The notes under the pieces were generated by a model that made no database searches, had not been told where the DNA came from, and saw only the letters and a list, made by a program, of their open reading frames with translations. Below are positions 10,136 through 19,108 of a stretch of 32,000 nt of DNA, one piece after another. The stretch's first letter is position 1; each line of letters begins with the position of its first letter. The stretch covers positions 2,910,001-2,942,000 of the forward strand of contig NC_017459.1 of NCBI RefSeq assembly GCF_000237865.1. Reading direction: 5' to 3'. Position numbers and translations under genes: made by a program. Source of the stretch: Haloquadratum walsbyi C23. GTDB taxonomy: Archaea; Halobacteriota; Halobacteria; Halobacteriales; Haloferacaceae.

Positions 10136-10700
10136 AACCCTGAGGTATTCTGCTCTCCTGACGCATACTGCAGATTTAACGCAGAATCCACGGGGTTGAT
10201 TCTCAATATACAGACAGCTCAAGGCGGCTGCCTCGGGACGTAACCCCAATGAGTTCAGTTGCGTGTGCTCGGTGTCACCTCGTCAAATAAAAATGAGGGT
10301 TAGTGTATCAGAAGTCAATTACTCTGCTCTACTGCGCTCGGGACTGCTCGCCCCTCGCTTGTTGAGGACACTTCCTGTTTCTGCGTCGGAATGTATACCC
10401 AGCGTGGGCACAGGGATTCCAGACTCTGCAGGCGATTTCCCTTCAGGGGCGGTTCGAAGTGAACCACTCCTACCTGTGGATACTCGCCCACAATCGACAG
10501 TGCGCGCTTTTTGTTGCGCTTGAACACCGTCAGAAGCATAGGAAGTATCGTATTATTAATTATGACAAGCAGGAGAATATCTGTATCGATTAAACTGTAT
10601 GAATAACTGATAACTGATAACGGTGCTGTATCCCCGCCCTACTCACTCGCTTCGCTCGTTCCCTGAGAACGGGGGATTAGCACCCGTATTCAATTAAGTC
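10136..10700. repeat. Composite non-coding tract with degenerate copies or modules of a dispersed intergenic element, plus a GC-rich ORF-less core
   Basis: Modules shared with other spacers: ttgattctcaat (10196-10207, reverse complement of 8216-8227); gcctcggg..cccc degenerate hairpin (10228-10258); gtgaacc (about 10449); cgattaaactg (10587-10597, matches 30420-30430); gtatccccgcc (10628-10638, matches 30443-30453). Also a 3 x ataactg micro-repeat (about 10602-10620). Confidence 0.5.
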
Positions 10701-10802
10701 TCTCTTCGAAAAGTGTCACAGGTTAGTATATATTGGAAAGATTAAATTAAATAGATTCCTCAGAGTGATATAACCCTCTTGCTGACAGATATCGGAGAGA
10801 CA

Positions 10803-12785
10803 CTACTGACCGCTCTGTGTTTGTGTTTCTGCGCGGTGTTCAGAGATAATCTGATCGACCATTGATGCTTTTCGCTCGCGACGACGTTCTGCTGCACGGC
10901 GCTCCCAATCCTCAATTGCCGTTTCAATATCTGATTCACGAGCAACAGCAAGTTCATCAACCTCTTGAATCGCAACATCATCCACAGGCGCAACTGGGAC
11001 TTCATTTTCGAAGAGCACACGATCAGCTACTTCAGAAAGGTTGCCACCGGAGCGAAGCACAATGCGTGGGTCGGTCGCCACTAACCGCTCAGCAGTTGAC
11101 TGACCAGCACCAGATGCATCACGAAGGTACACAACGTCACCTGACGCAAGCCCATACTGTTCATCGGTCCGAATGACTGCATCAGTAGTGAATTGTTCAA
11201 TGATTTTCACCGGCACAAGATCACCATCGGTATCAACATCACTAAAGTTCGAATGATCAAGTTTCCAAAGATGCTTGAGACGTCGTAATTTTTGATTGAG
11301 GTCGTCTTTTTCTGATTCTACTGTTTCAACACGGCGTTCGAGACGGTTATTCTCACGCTCAAGTCGCTTGACCTCACGGCGCTCTCGAGCTTGTCGTCGC
11401 TCCTCACGCTTTGCTTCTGAAAGCTCTTCTTCATATGACTCAATTGTCGCATCTCGCTCATCAATTGTGTCCTCAAGACTCTCAACATGTGACTCAAGCC
11501 GGTCAACGCGTCGGCGAAGGCGCTTGATTTCGCGTTCTTCTTCAGTGAGTTCACGCGTTTCGTGATCGGTTTCATCGTCATCAGTCGTATCATCCTCATC
11601 AAGATCACGCAATACAGCCTCAACAGACTCTTTACCAGCAACAACACGGGCGATTACTTCACCACGATCAACATCGCGTGGTGTCTTCTGTATAACGCGT
11701 TCAAACTGATCAGCATGGTTATCAGCTGCAAATAATGCCGCAGCAAGAGCATCTCGTTGATGATCATCATCATAGACGGCATCCCGCGTACGATGAAGTT
11801 TTTCATCTACTGGAAGGTCGGTTGCCGGTGTCCACGCCGCAGCATCGAAGCTACGCCGGAATTTCTCAACAGTCTCAGGCATTGGTGTAACATCCGCAGC
11901 AACAACAATTGGACGACCACGTTCAATAAGCCACTCAATCACCGCAGCAGTGTCAGCTGTTCGTGATGAATACACATCAAATATTGTCCCATCAAGTCCG
12001 ACAACTGCAGCAGCAGTCGTTGTTCCAGGGTCAATCCCAACGACGACAGGATCACGACGCTCAGCAAGTGGGTCAAATTCAATTCCATCTTGACGCTCTC
12101 GTTCAATCTCAATGCGCGTGTCACCAGACCGCCCAGCGGAAACGGGAATTTCCTCAGGCGGAGCTGAAACAGTAAAAACAGCGTTTGCATACCCACCGTA
12201 TTTTTCTGTTATTTCAGACTCAAACTCAAGATTTGCCTGTTGAAGTCGGTTTTGAACCTCACGAGAGCGCCGCTTGACAGAACCATGAATCCGGCGCGTA
12301 TATCGATCCTGGCTCCAACCGCCTTTTCCGGTGGAACGTCCACGGGAAACTTTCACCGTTGTTGTATCACCAAATGCTGAAACCTCCTGACCGACGTTTG
12401 CGGCTGCAAGACGAGCTGCCGCTTCAGCCTCTTTCATTGGCTTTTTGCCGTATGTAACACCATGGCGCGAAGCGACACGAGAAAGAGGCTCAGGTCGTTC
12501 CGCACCGGTTACCTGCACGAGCGTTGTCTCAGCGGGTAATGACCGCAAGAAGTGAACCAATTCATCCTTATCGGCCGCCAACTCATACATATTGTCGGTT
12601 GCGATAATAGCTGGTTCCTCACGGTCAATAAGCCGAGATAGTTTTCGATATGAAACAACATCGCGGTCAACATGCTCGCCATCGAAAGCAACGACAGCGT
12701 ATGAAGGCGCATCGCCGCGGACATCGCCGCTTTGGATATCCACGCCGAAGACGAGTGAGTCGAGTGCGCTCGTCCGGTCGTTCAC
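10803..12785 (-). CDS. DUF460/COG2433-type protein (predicted RNase H-fold N-terminal domain plus long coiled coil)
   Basis: 660-aa ORF. N-terminus VFGVDIQSGDVRGDAPSYAVVAFDG plus a second IVGIDPGTTTAAAVVGLDG block. A central, highly charged heptad-like region (EEREIKRLRRRVDRLESHVESLEDTIDERD...). GTG start at 12783-12785. Confidence 0.8.
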   Translation of the reverse strand: MNDRTSALDSLVFGVDIQSGDVRGDAPSYAVVAFDGEHVDRDVVSYRKLSRLIDREEPAIIATDNMYELAADKDELVHFLRSLPAETTLVQVTGAERPEPLSRVASRHGVTYGKKPMKEAEAAARLAAANVGQEVSAFGDTTTVKVSRGRSTGKGGWSQDRYTRRIHGSVKRRSREVQNRLQQANLEFESEITEKYGGYANAVFTVSAPPEEIPVSAGRSGDTRIEIERERQDGIEFDPLAERRDPVVVGIDPGTTTAAAVVGLDGTIFDVYSSRTADTAAVIEWLIERGRPIVVAADVTPMPETVEKFRRSFDAAAWTPATDLPVDEKLHRTRDAVYDDDHQRDALAAALFAADNHADQFERVIQKTPRDVDRGEVIARVVAGKESVEAVLRDLDEDDTTDDDETDHETRELTEEEREIKRLRRRVDRLESHVESLEDTIDERDATIESYEEELSEAKREERRQARERREVKRLERENNRLERRVETVESEKDDLNQKLRRLKHLWKLDHSNFSDVDTDGDLVPVKIIEQFTTDAVIRTDEQYGLASGDVVYLRDASGAGQSTAERLVATDPRIVLRSGGNLSEVADRVLFENEVPVAPVDDVAIQEVDELAVARESDIETAIEDWERRAAERRRERKASMVDQIISEHRAETQTQSGQ

Positions 12786-12806
12786 AAGTACAATTCATCG
12801 TGTGCA

Positions 12807-12816
12807 GATATATATG
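12807..12816 (-). promoter_or_regulatory. TATA-like box (CATATATATC on the minus strand) about 26 nt upstream of the GTG start of the DUF460 gene
   Basis: Read directly from the sequence. Supports the GTG start and a leaderless transcript. Confidence 0.35.
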
Positions 12817-13111
12817 CCACGCTGATCACGACAGCAAAAACTAATCACCGCTGGTCCGCTGATATATTAACCCTTCCTCAAAACCGATTTGATAAAATAT
12901 GAGTCGACGTGCACACAATTATTTATAGCTTTGATATGAGTGTCAGTTCATGCTGTATGTATCAACAGATCGAAACAAATTCATTAATATCTGTGTAGAG
13001 CTCACATTTCATTGGAGCCCTCTTAATCCTTGTAAATCCGTCATAAAACCAGAAACTTCAGAATTTTGAGTGTAACTTGGCTCACAGACGAGAGTGAACG
13101 CTCAAAGTTAG

Positions 13112-14068
13112 TCATGGTATATTATCGGACAGATGATTATCGTCAGCATCGGGAAAAGGAATATCAAGTGTATACCCATCATCAGGAACGAACGCCTGCT
13201 GTCCATCAAATGCAGCTGTTGCATCCGATTCAAGTGGCGTAACGTCACCAGCATACCGTGATGAGACATGTGTAAGTGCAAGTCGTCGTGCATCTGCACG
13301 CGTTGCAATTTGCGCTGCCTCCTGTGCTGTTGAGTGACCTGTCTGTTTAGCTCGAGATGCCCGGTCGGCGGCAAAGGTCGCATCATGAACAAGCAAATCT
13401 GCATTATTCGCAGCCTCAACAGTCGTTTCAGTCGGACGTGTGTCCCCAGTGTAGACGACTCGGCGACCTGGTCGCGAATCACCGACAACCTGTTCAGGAT
13501 GAACAATACTTCCATCAGCTAATTTAACAGACTCGCCGTCATGTAACCGACCAAATTTCGGACCAACAGGAACACCAAGCGATTCTGCTCGGTCACGATT
13601 AAATCGACCCTTACGATCCGATTCAATGAGTGCATATCCAATTGATGTGACACCGCGGTGTGATGTTTCAAAGCTACGAATTATGTATTCCTCTGTATCA
13701 ACAGCTACGGTTCCCGGTCGGATCTCGCGGATATTGATTGGATACCCAGGTCGGTAGCCGGCAGTTTCGACCAAGTGGCGTAGATGTGGCTTTGACCCAG
13801 GAGGTCCATGAATTGCAAGTGCATCTGTTCGGTCATTAAAATCAAGTGTTTGGATGAGACCAGGAATTCCGAGGATATGATCACCATGAAGATGAGTCAC
13901 AAAGATATGTGAAAGACTGAATCCAGTCCCAAATCGCATCATCTGTCGCTGTGTGCCCTCACCACAGTCAAATAACAGTCGCTCACCATTGCGTTCAACG
14001 AAAAATGCACTTGGTCCCCGTTCTGTTGTCGGTACGGCTCCACCAGTCCCGAGGAACGTCGCACGCAT
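13112..14068 (-). CDS. rnz: Ribonuclease Z (tRNA 3' endonuclease)
   Basis: 318-aa ORF with the metallo-beta-lactamase motif HLHGDH and N-terminus MRATFLGTGGAVPTTERGPSAFFVE. Confidence 0.95.
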   Translation of the reverse strand: MRATFLGTGGAVPTTERGPSAFFVERNGERLLFDCGEGTQRQMMRFGTGFSLSHIFVTHLHGDHILGIPGLIQTLDFNDRTDALAIHGPPGSKPHLRHLVETAGYRPGYPINIREIRPGTVAVDTEEYIIRSFETSHRGVTSIGYALIESDRKGRFNRDRAESLGVPVGPKFGRLHDGESVKLADGSIVHPEQVVGDSRPGRRVVYTGDTRPTETTVEAANNADLLVHDATFAADRASRAKQTGHSTAQEAAQIATRADARRLALTHVSSRYAGDVTPLESDATAAFDGQQAFVPDDGYTLDIPFPDADDNHLSDNIP

Positions 14069-14225
14069 TAGTTATACTTATTATTTGCTGCCGAAGTAAA
14101 CCCGTGTCGAATCGCTGCTTACTCAGGTTAATGAATTTAATCCACGCAGAAAAATGCCTCAGGACTTAATGGCTTAGAGAACCTTTGAAAACTAAGACGT
14201 AGCAAGAAAATAACGGACTAAGATA

Positions 14226-14246
14226 GCTGTGCACCAAGTGCACAGC
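14226..14246. repeat. Perfect 9-bp palindromic hairpin (gctgtgcac-caa-gtgcacagc)
   Basis: Read directly from the sequence. It sits in the 585-bp divergent spacer between rnz and the 92-aa ORF. Confidence 0.7.
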
Positions 14247-14653
14247 GATTTGATAGCGTTTGAGGATTACTATCACTCTGCTAGAATCTTCTTCTTCTGA
14301 CTTACCGGGGTCCAAAATCAGCCGGTAGAAATCTTAGTATAGCAATTTTCACCGCTCACATATAAACCACATATTCACCGTCTCACGCTCCCTGAGAATC
14401 ACGAATAGAGACCGCTTGCCTCCAGAATTGAGAATTAATTTGCAAATCGCGTCGCGGTCATTAGACCCTGAGGCAGTTCACCAGACGATGGGTGTCGGTA
14501 TATCCACGTCCGTACGTGGAGTTGTAGTTGAGAGTGCTAGAATACGAACTCAGGGGTTAGGAGTCGATCGTCAGGTGTCAGGTTCATATTACGATATAAG
14601 ATAACAAATGTTCTTATTGCTGCTTATACCAGCACCAGCAATTATATTTCAGC

Positions 14654-14932
14654 ATGGAATATGATCGGATTCACGCACAGCCACCCTCACATGATACTGA
14701 CCGGTGGTCTGTCGGCACGATTGTCGCAATTGAAACACAAGATGGACACTGTATCGTTACTGTGAAACCAATGCAAGGAACGGAGGAAAATCAGAAATTG
14801 ACAGTGACTATGGCGGTCCGTGATTTGTTCTTAGGTCGGCTTGATGTTGACATTGATATTAACACGATAAATAAATCTGAGTTAGATCACGCAATTGGAG
14901 AGCGTGTGTGGTATCGAGTGCGCGGAGAATAG
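14654..14932 (+). CDS. Hypothetical small acidic protein (92 aa)
   Basis: ORF with haloarchaeal-like acidic composition. A weak TATA-like CTTATAC lies at 14623-14629, about 28 nt upstream. It sits 33 nt upstream of the RFC-like gene on the same strand. I recognise no family. Confidence 0.5.
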   Translation: MEYDRIHAQPPSHDTDRWSVGTIVAIETQDGHCIVTVKPMQGTEENQKLTVTMAVRDLFLGRLDVDIDINTINKSELDHAIGERVWYRVRGE

Positions 14933-14965
14933 CGGGTTTCATACCTGATGGTCGCAAATAGATAG

Positions 14966-16093
14966 ATGATGCAGGCACCGTTGTGGATAGAGCGTCATGC
15001 GCCCGCACTCACTGAATTACCGCAGGCAAGTGCCCGAGACCGACTAACCCAAATAACTGATGAGCCAATGAATCTCATTATTCAGGGACCACCAGGTGTC
15101 GGGAAGACAGCAGCTGTTCGAGCATTCACACATGAGGTGCATACAGACCCAGACGCCGATCTGATTGAGATCAATGTTGCAGATTTCTTTAATCGAAATA
15201 AAAAGCAAATTCGAGAGGATCCGCGGTTTGAACGGTTTCTTCAGGGACAAACTGCCTTCTCAAAGCAATATCGTCGTGGGAATAAAGGGAATAAGTACAA
15301 GCGTGACTGGTCAAAGCGAGACATGATATCACATGTAATGCAAGAACTCGCGTCGTACCAACCAGCCTCCGGTACATATAAGACCGTCCTGCTGGATAAC
15401 GCTGAGACAATTCGTGAAGATTTCCAGCAAGCACTTCGTCGTGTTATGGAGCGGTATCATAAAAATACCCAGTTTATTATTGCCACTCGTCAACCGACAA
15501 CGCTTATTCCGCCAATCCGCTCACGATGCTTTCCAGTTCCTATTCGGGCACCGACAGCTGATGAGATTGAATCGGTTGTAACTGATATCGCCGCTGCTGA
15601 GGGGGTTGAAACTGATGAAATGGCAGTGACACTCATTGCCTCAAAAGCCGATGGTGACCTTCGATATGCAATCTTAGCAGCACAGCACGCTGCAATCGAA
15701 GGTGACGGAGCAATCACAACAGATGCTGCTCAAGAGGCGATTGCGGACGTTGGTTATGAGGACACGTTCCAAGAAATTCTTGATACTGCTGCCGCTCAAG
15801 ACATCAGTGACGCTCGCGATCAAATAACCACCCTGCTTGACGATGAGGGATTCAACGGACAGGAACTTCTCAGAGAGCTGCTTTCTGTTGCGAACACCTA
15901 CCCTGAGACATACGGAACTGCAAATGTCATCCGGCTTCATCGATTAGCCGGCGCTGTTGATCGTGACCTTGCTGAGGGTGGTGAAGACAGACTACATCTG
16001 ACTCATCTTTTGACTGCATGGGCAAGTGGACAGTCAACGCTTGATGAAACAGCAGAGATATCCGAGGCTCAGACGTCAGGAAATCGAGTATAA
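14966..16093 (+). CDS. rfcC: Replication factor C small-subunit paralog (AAA+ clamp-loader subunit)
   Basis: 375-aa ORF with Walker A GPPGVGKTA, a deviant Walker B VLLDNAE and the SRC motif SRCFPV. An insertion between Walker A and B resembles the third haloarchaeal RFC paralog. Confidence 0.85.
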   Translation: MMQAPLWIERHAPALTELPQASARDRLTQITDEPMNLIIQGPPGVGKTAAVRAFTHEVHTDPDADLIEINVADFFNRNKKQIREDPRFERFLQGQTAFSKQYRRGNKGNKYKRDWSKRDMISHVMQELASYQPASGTYKTVLLDNAETIREDFQQALRRVMERYHKNTQFIIATRQPTTLIPPIRSRCFPVPIRAPTADEIESVVTDIAAAEGVETDEMAVTLIASKADGDLRYAILAAQHAAIEGDGAITTDAAQEAIADVGYEDTFQEILDTAAAQDISDARDQITTLLDDEGFNGQELLRELLSVANTYPETYGTANVIRLHRLAGAVDRDLAEGGEDRLHLTHLLTAWASGQSTLDETAEISEAQTSGNRV

Positions 16094-16736
16094 TTTGATT
16101 ACCGTGTTAATTTTATCAGTACTCTCGAATCGATTTGCCCCTGGTGTTCGTCGATATGCCATTCCAGTATTCATATTTGCGGGTGTAATTGGTGTCATTA
16201 TCCCACCTGTTGGTGCAGTCGCATTACTGATTGGTGGTGCCATTTTATGGTTTTTCCGTGATCCATCTCGACAACCCTCTGGTCCGGGTATTGTGGCTCC
16301 CGCCGAGGGTCGTATAACTGTTATTCGAGAGGAAGGCGAGCAGATTCGAATTGGTATTTTCTTGAATGTGACCGATGTCCACGTTGCACGCGCACCAATC
16401 GATGGAGAGGTTACACAGTGCACGCATCGGGAGGGGGCTCACCGTCCAGCATTCATGAAAGACTCAACAAGAAATGAGCGCGTTGATATTGCAGTCACGA
16501 CCTCAGATGGACCCGCTGAAATATCACTTATTGCTGGTGCTGTTGCACGACGGATCCATCCATATATTGATAATGGAATGTCAATCGATCGCGCACAGCG
16601 GATTGGACACATCGATTTTGGATCACGTGTTGACGTGGTACTCCCGCCAGGATATACTGCTGATGATCTTCTTATTACAGATGGTCAGAAAGTGCGTGCA
16701 GGTGAATCAATTGTTGCACGAAAAAACAATCAATAA
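16026..16736 (+). CDS. asd: Archaetidylserine (phosphatidylserine) decarboxylase-related proenzyme
   Basis: ORF with two N-terminal TM helices, FRDPSRQP...APAEGRI and the FGSRVD self-cleavage-type GS motif. The track start (16026) overlaps the rfcC 3' end by 68 nt. In-frame TTG 16095 or GTG 16104, just after the rfcC stop, are more plausible starts. Confidence 0.8.
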   Translation: MDSQRLMKQQRYPRLRRQEIEYNLITVLILSVLSNRFAPGVRRYAIPVFIFAGVIGVIIPPVGAVALLIGGAILWFFRDPSRQPSGPGIVAPAEGRITVIREEGEQIRIGIFLNVTDVHVARAPIDGEVTQCTHREGAHRPAFMKDSTRNERVDIAVTTSDGPAEISLIAGAVARRIHPYIDNGMSIDRAQRIGHIDFGSRVDVVLPPGYTADDLLITDGQKVRAGESIVARKNNQ

Positions 16737-17833
16737 TTGATATCTCCGATATCATATTCAGAGTTATCGTCTGTGTTGGCACGTCTGAGTACGTGAACAT
16801 GTCGAGTAAGTGATCGATGAACACGACGTTCAAATCGTGCTGTAACCGTCCATCCTACCACGGTCGCGATGTCATCGTATGACCGATCACCAATAATTAC
16901 ACATCGTGGAGCAACTCGAATTGCTTCTGCGAGCGCGCCAGCGACAAGATCACTGAGTCTATCGGCTGCAATCTTTGATTGACGGCCGTAAGGTGCATCG
17001 AAAATAACAGCATCGATGGTTTCATTCAAGATTGGGAGTTCAGTTGCATCTGATTTGAATATATGCCACGGTTGTGTCGAAAGACACCGCTCAAGATTCT
17101 CCGCCGCACCGACTGCCATCTTTGATTGTACATCAGATCCAATGACAGTAGCTCCGATTAGACCAGCCTCAATGAGCATCCCACCTGTTCCAACCATCGG
17201 ATCAAGCACCGTTGCGTCAGGAAGTGTTGGACCAGCAGCGAGATTGACGCATGCACGAGCGTCTCTCGGCGCCATGCTTCCTGGTTGGAAAAACGGACGG
17301 TTTGTTGGAGAACGGGAATCAAAGTTAGTCATGGGGCTGTCAACTGCCCAGCCAAGCAGACAGATGTCATCAGCAAAGCAGGCTCGAAGTTCGTATGTTG
17401 GATCCTCAAGATCAATATCGTACCCATGATTAACAAGCACATTACCAAGTGCACGTTCAATTGAGGTGGTGCTGATATGAGCCGTTGACCGGACGTTTCT
17501 TGCACAAACGGCGACTGTCGGAAGGGACTGATCACGTGTAGAGGTCATCTCAGGTCCAGTCACGTGTTCTTTATGTCTGTCATTGCCACATTTATCATCA
17601 GAAAATGCCGCTTGTAGCAGAGTAATAGCGCTTTCTTGAGTTGCATCAGTCTGTCCAATGAGGGTGGAGATATGATGAGTATATCCAAGCTTCTGAACGC
17701 GATTATGTCTAATTTCATCTGCTATTGCAAGTCCAGGACCTACGCGGGTAACCGCTGAAGCGGCTGCATGCTCAGCCTCAGCGATGCCAAGAGTCTCATC
17801 ACTCGCTTCTCCAACGAGTTCGAGATAGTACAT
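16730..17833 (-). CDS. THUMP-domain tRNA guanine-N2 methyltransferase (Trm11/TrmG10, COG1041 type)
   Basis: 367-aa ORF with SAM motif I LDPMVGTGGMLIEAG and motif IV FDAPYG. Its 3' end overlaps the convergent asd 3' end by 7 nt. Confidence 0.8.
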   Translation of the reverse strand: MYYLELVGEASDETLGIAEAEHAAASAVTRVGPGLAIADEIRHNRVQKLGYTHHISTLIGQTDATQESAITLLQAAFSDDKCGNDRHKEHVTGPEMTSTRDQSLPTVAVCARNVRSTAHISTTSIERALGNVLVNHGYDIDLEDPTYELRACFADDICLLGWAVDSPMTNFDSRSPTNRPFFQPGSMAPRDARACVNLAAGPTLPDATVLDPMVGTGGMLIEAGLIGATVIGSDVQSKMAVGAAENLERCLSTQPWHIFKSDATELPILNETIDAVIFDAPYGRQSKIAADRLSDLVAGALAEAIRVAPRCVIIGDRSYDDIATVVGWTVTARFERRVHRSLTRHVHVLRRANTDDNSEYDIGDINY

Positions 17834-17937
17834 ACTTCCTTGTGTGTATCAGACGTGATTATCGTTCGGTCCGCGACAGGTGTCTCAATCGGTCGTGACA
17901 TTATGTAACTAGAATTGGTTACTTTTAGCCGCTACAG

Positions 17938-17947
17938 AAATTTTTAG
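17938..17947 (+). promoter_or_regulatory. TATA-like box (AAATTTTTAG) about 26 nt upstream of GTG 17969
   Basis: Read directly from the sequence. Fits a leaderless GTG start at 17969. Alternatively, ATG 17984 is preceded by GGAGGA (17971-17976). Confidence 0.4.
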
Positions 17948-17968
17948 TAGTTTCAAAGATTTACTCCG

Positions 17969-19108
17969 GTGGAGGATATTCAAATGTATACAAATAACGC
18001 GCCAGTCACGAATCAGACAGAAACTGGGACGAGCAGCGATACTGAGGAGGAGACAGCCGACACCGAGCAAGATAATAACGATGAGCGCAGTAACGAGGGT
18101 GATGTGTCGACAAAGCCCACAATGACGAGACGAACAGGTGACACAGAAGTGGCTATCACTCAAGTAGAAGATGAGTTTAATTCGACGAGTGCAAAAGTAA
18201 TAGACGAACAGATTGTTTGTCCGGAGTGTGGTGGTGATACCGTCGCAAGTGCCGATAGTCCTGAGACGATTTGTTCGGCGTGTGGACTTGTTATCACTGA
18301 AGATGAGATTGATCGGGGGCCCGAATGGCGGGGGTTCAACGCCAAGGAGCGTAATCAAAAATCACGTGTTGGGGCGCCAACAACAGCGCTGATGCATGAT
18401 AAAGGGCTCTCAACAAATATTGGCTGGCAGAATAAAGACGCATATGGACAGTCGGTCTCTGCAGAGAAACGACGCAAGCTTAAGCGACTACGGACATGGA
18501 ATGAGCGGATTCGAACGCAAGATTCGAAGGATCGGAATCTGAAGCACGCTCTTGGTGAGATCGATCGGATGTCCTCAGCATTAGGCATTCATGAAACAAC
18601 ACGTGAAACGGCAAGTATGATTTATCGTCGCGCGCTTGATGCGGATTTGCTGCCCGGTCGGTCAATAGAGGGGGTCGCAACAGCAGTTCTATATGCCGCC
18701 TCGCGCATTGATGGGGTTGCACGGAGTATTGATGAACTCGCTTCAGTTAGTCGAGTTCCAGCACTCGAAATAAAGCGGACATATCGATATATTATACGGG
18801 AACTCGATTTGCAGATTCCACCGACTAATCCAATTGAATATATTGGTCGATTTGCATCCGCGATTGAGTGCAATGACGAAACCGAACGTCGCGCTCGGGC
18901 GCTTACCCAACAAGCAACAGAGAAAGGCGTGCATAGTGGAAAACATCCTGTCGGAATTGCCGCAAGTGCCCTATATGCAGCGGGACAACTTTGCAATGAC
19001 AGACTGACACAGTCTGAGATATCCAACGCAGCTGATGTGAGTGAGGTGACAATACGGAATCGATACCGAGAGATACTTGAAGCCGCAGAGGAGGTGACAA
19101 GTCCGTGA
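17969..19108 (+). CDS. tfb: Transcription initiation factor IIB (TFB) with a long acidic N-terminal extension
   Basis: 379-aa ORF with Zn ribbon CPECGG...CSACG, the B-reader/linker GPEWRGF and two cyclin repeats. About 85 residues of Asp/Glu/Thr-rich sequence precede the Zn ribbon. Start is ambiguous (17969 GTG or 17984 ATG). Confidence 0.93.
   Translation: MEDIQMYTNNAPVTNQTETGTSSDTEEETADTEQDNNDERSNEGDVSTKPTMTRRTGDTEVAITQVEDEFNSTSAKVIDEQIVCPECGGDTVASADSPETICSACGLVITEDEIDRGPEWRGFNAKERNQKSRVGAPTTALMHDKGLSTNIGWQNKDAYGQSVSAEKRRKLKRLRTWNERIRTQDSKDRNLKHALGEIDRMSSALGIHETTRETASMIYRRALDADLLPGRSIEGVATAVLYAASRIDGVARSIDELASVSRVPALEIKRTYRYIIRELDLQIPPTNPIEYIGRFASAIECNDETERRARALTQQATEKGVHSGKHPVGIAASALYAAGQLCNDRLTQSEISNAADVSEVTIRNRYREILEAAEEVTSP
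19090..19097 (+). promoter_or_regulatory. Shine-Dalgarno sequence GGAGGTGA, 7 nt upstream of the GTG start of the Zn-ribbon ORF, inside the tfb 3' end
   Basis: 8-nt perfect complement to the conserved 16S rRNA 3' end (...GAUCACCUCCU). GTG 19105-19107 overlaps the tfb stop TGA 19106-19108. Confidence 0.5.

Noticed and set aside
10263-10539. 86-aa (+) and 74-aa (-) ORFs in the GC-rich island
   Set aside because: They are mutually overlapping on opposite strands, basic, and carry no recognisable domain. Open frames on both strands are expected from elevated GC alone.
10263-10540. RNase P RNA or SRP (7S) RNA in the GC-rich islands (also 30120-30360)
   Set aside because: I scanned both strands for GAGGAAAGTCC, ACAGAA...GGCTTA, and the SRP helix-8 GGAAGGGAGCA or 5' GGGCTAGGCC-type motifs and found none. 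A covariance-model scan is needed to be certain.
14966-16093. Intein or mobile insertion in the RFC-like gene (375 aa, longer than typical small subunits)
   Set aside because: The extra length is a lysine/arginine-rich insertion between Walker A and B, with no intein splice motifs (no Cys/Ser...His-Asn-Cys/Ser/Thr blocks). This fits a divergent RFC paralog.
16730-16736. 7-nt overlap of the convergent asd and methyltransferase 3' ends
   Set aside because: This is real but ordinary in compact archaeal loci and suggests no function.
17909-18358. 149-aa minus-strand ORF opposite the tfb promoter and N-terminus
   Set aside because: It is antisense to the acidic TFB extension, hydrophobic and basic, with no start context. 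Its 5' portion (about 17969-18358) lies entirely inside tfb, and its 3' end extends over the tfb promoter region.
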